Assembly (NCBI RefSeq): GCF_046119375.1
Contig: NW_027362772.1
Span: 314,650,001-314,714,000 of the forward strand
Direction: 5' to 3'
Source: Phyllobates terribilis
Taxonomy: Eukaryota
Length of the DNA stretch: 64,000 bases
Every line of letters begins with the position of its first letter. Position 1 is the stretch's first letter. The position numbers were made by a program, and so were the translations under genes. The notes below the pieces were generated by a model. The model was given only the letters and a program-made list of their open reading frames with translations, had not been told where the DNA came from and did not search any database. Shown in pieces: positions 62,038 through 64,000 of the stretch.

Positions 62038-63042
62038 ATGAGACAGACTCTACAACCCACAGAAGTTGCTCAGGTAGTGCAGCTCATCCAGGATGGCACA
62101 TCAATGCGAGCTGTGGCAAGAAGGTTTGCTGCGTCTGTCAGCGTAGTGTCCAGAGGCTGGAGGCGCTACCAGGAGACAGGCCAGTACACCAGGAGGGGGC
62201 TGTAGGAAGGCAACAACCCAGCAGCAGGACCGCTACCTCCGCCTTTGTGCAAGGAGGAACAGGAGGAGTACTGCCAGAGCCCTGCAAAATGACCTCCAGC
62301 ATGCCACAAATGTGCATGTGTCTGCACAAACAGTTAGAAACCGACTCCATGAGGGTGGTATGAGGGCCCGACGTCCACAGATGGGGGTTGTGCTCACAGC
62401 CCAACACCGTGCAGGACGCTTTGCATTTGCCACAGAACACCAGGATTGGCAAAGTCACCACTGGCGCACTGTGCTCTTCACAGATGAAAGCAGGTTCACA
62501 CTGAGCACATGTGACAGACGTGACAGAGTCTGGAGACGCCGTGGAGAGCGATCTGCTGCCTGCAACATCCTTCAGCATGACCGGTTTGGCAGTGGGTCAG
62601 TAATGGTGTGGGGTGGCATTTCTTTAGAGGGCCGCACAGCCCTCCATGTGCTCGCCAGAGGTAGCCTGACTGCCATTAGGTACCGAGATGAGATCCTCAG
62701 ACCCCTTGTGAGACCATATGCTGGTGCGGTTGGCCCTGGATTCCTCCTAATGCAGGACAATGCCAGACCTCATGTGGCTGGAGTGTGTCAGCAGTTCCTG
62801 CAAGATGAAGGCATTGAAGCCATGGACTGGCCGCCCGTTCCCCAGACCTGAATCCGATTGAGCACATCTGGGACATCATGTCTCGCTCCATCCACCAACG
62901 TCACATTGCACCACAGACTGTCCAGAAGTTGGCGGATGCTTTAGTCCAGGTCTGGGAGGAGACCATCCACAACCTCATCAGGAGCATGCCCAGGCGTTGT
63001 AGGGAGGTCATACAGGCACGTGGAGGCCACACACAATACTCA
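62038..63042 (+). pseudogene. Tc1 DDE transposase, frameshifted
   Basis: [20 protein letters not shown] (HTH), [21 protein letters not shown]...(DLNPIEH), IRSMPRRC; at least two frameshifts. Confidence 0.92.
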
Positions 63043-64000
63043 GCCTCATCAGGAGCATGCCCAGGCGTTTTAGGGAGGTCATACAGGCACGTGGAGGCCA
63101 CACACAATACTCAGCCTCATCAGGAGCATGCCCAGGCATTGTAGGAAGGTCATACAGGCACGTGGAGGCCACACACAATACTCAGCCTCACCAGGAGCAT
63201 GCCCAGGCGTTGTAGGGAGGTCATACAGGCACGTGGAGGCCACACACAATACTCAGCCTCATCAGGAGTATGCCCAGGCGTTGTAGGGAGGTCATACAGG
63301 CACGTGGAGGCCACACACAATACTCAGCCTCATCAGGAGCATGCCCAGGCGTTGTAGGGAGGTCATACAGGCACGTGGAGGCCACACACAATACTCAGCC
63401 TCATCAGGAGTATGCCCAGGCGTTGTAGGGAGGTCATACAGGCACGTGGAGGCCACACACAATACTCAGCCTCATCAGGAGCATGCCCAGGCGTTGTAGG
63501 GAAGTCATACAGGCACGTGGAGGCCACACACAATACTCAGCCTCATCAGGAGCATGCCCAGGCGTTGTAGGGAGGTCATACAGGCACGTGGAGGCCACAC
63601 ACAATACTCAGCCTCATCAGGAGTATGCCCAGGCGTTGTAGGGAGGTCATACAGGCACGTGGAGGCCACACACAATACTCAGCCTCATCAGGAGCATGCC
63701 CAGGCGTTGTAGGGAGGTCATACAGGCACGTGGAGGCCACACACAATACTCAGCCTCATCAGGAGCATGCCCAGGCATTGTAGGGAGGTCATACAGGCAC
63801 GTGGAGGCCACACACAGTACTCAGCCTCATCAGGAGCATGCCCAGGTGTTGTAGGGAGGTCATACAGGCACGTGGAGGCCACACACAATACTCAGCCTCA
63901 TCAGGAGCATGCCCAGGCGTTGTAGGGAAGTCATACAGGCACGTGGAGGCCACACACAATACTCAGCCTCATCAGGAGCATGCCCAGGCGTTGTAGGGAG
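62973..64000 (+). repeat. 71-bp Tc1-derived satellite (>=14 units)
   Basis: First CCTCAT at 62973, next at 63044 (period 71); same unit as 6219-8794. Confidence 0.95.

Larger units (their letters stand above)
61741..64000 (+). mobile_element. Tc1/mariner element (left TIR, transposase, satellite running off the window)
   Basis: TA + CGCTGCTCAAAAAAATAAAGGG left TIR matching the right TIR ending at 14626. Confidence 0.92.

Overview
Repeat-saturated vertebrate genomic DNA (probably anuran, inferred from the T2-type MITE, Tc1 and Gmr1/SCAN content). No host protein-coding gene is recognisable. Contents: (1) the 3' 6.2 kb of an apparently intact autonomous Ty3/Gypsy element (gag, -1 frameshift signal, pol PR-RT-RH-IN, PPT, 3' LTR). 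(2) Three full-length, young, non-autonomous LTR elements (A 8795-13647 +, B 43123-47403 +, C 48205-53194 -) plus a solo LTR (55840-57037). They lack gag/pol and instead carry one ~600-aa ORF ending in a cold-shock (Y-box/Lin28-like) RNA-binding domain that is under purifying selection. They share a structured 3' LTR segment and PPT with the autonomous Gypsy and use a tRNA-Ser PBS. (3) Two Tc1 copies whose transposase 3' end is amplified into a 71-bp satellite, and a third, unrelated Tc1. (4) A decayed Gmr1-like SCAN-gag retrotransposon, a T2-type MITE and a Penelope-like remnant with a degenerate hammerhead motif. (5) Tandem arrays with 39-, 31-, 35/36- (17.5 kb) and 16/17-bp units. The best candidate for an undescribed system is the cold-shock-domain non-autonomous LTR family and its putative Gypsy helper.
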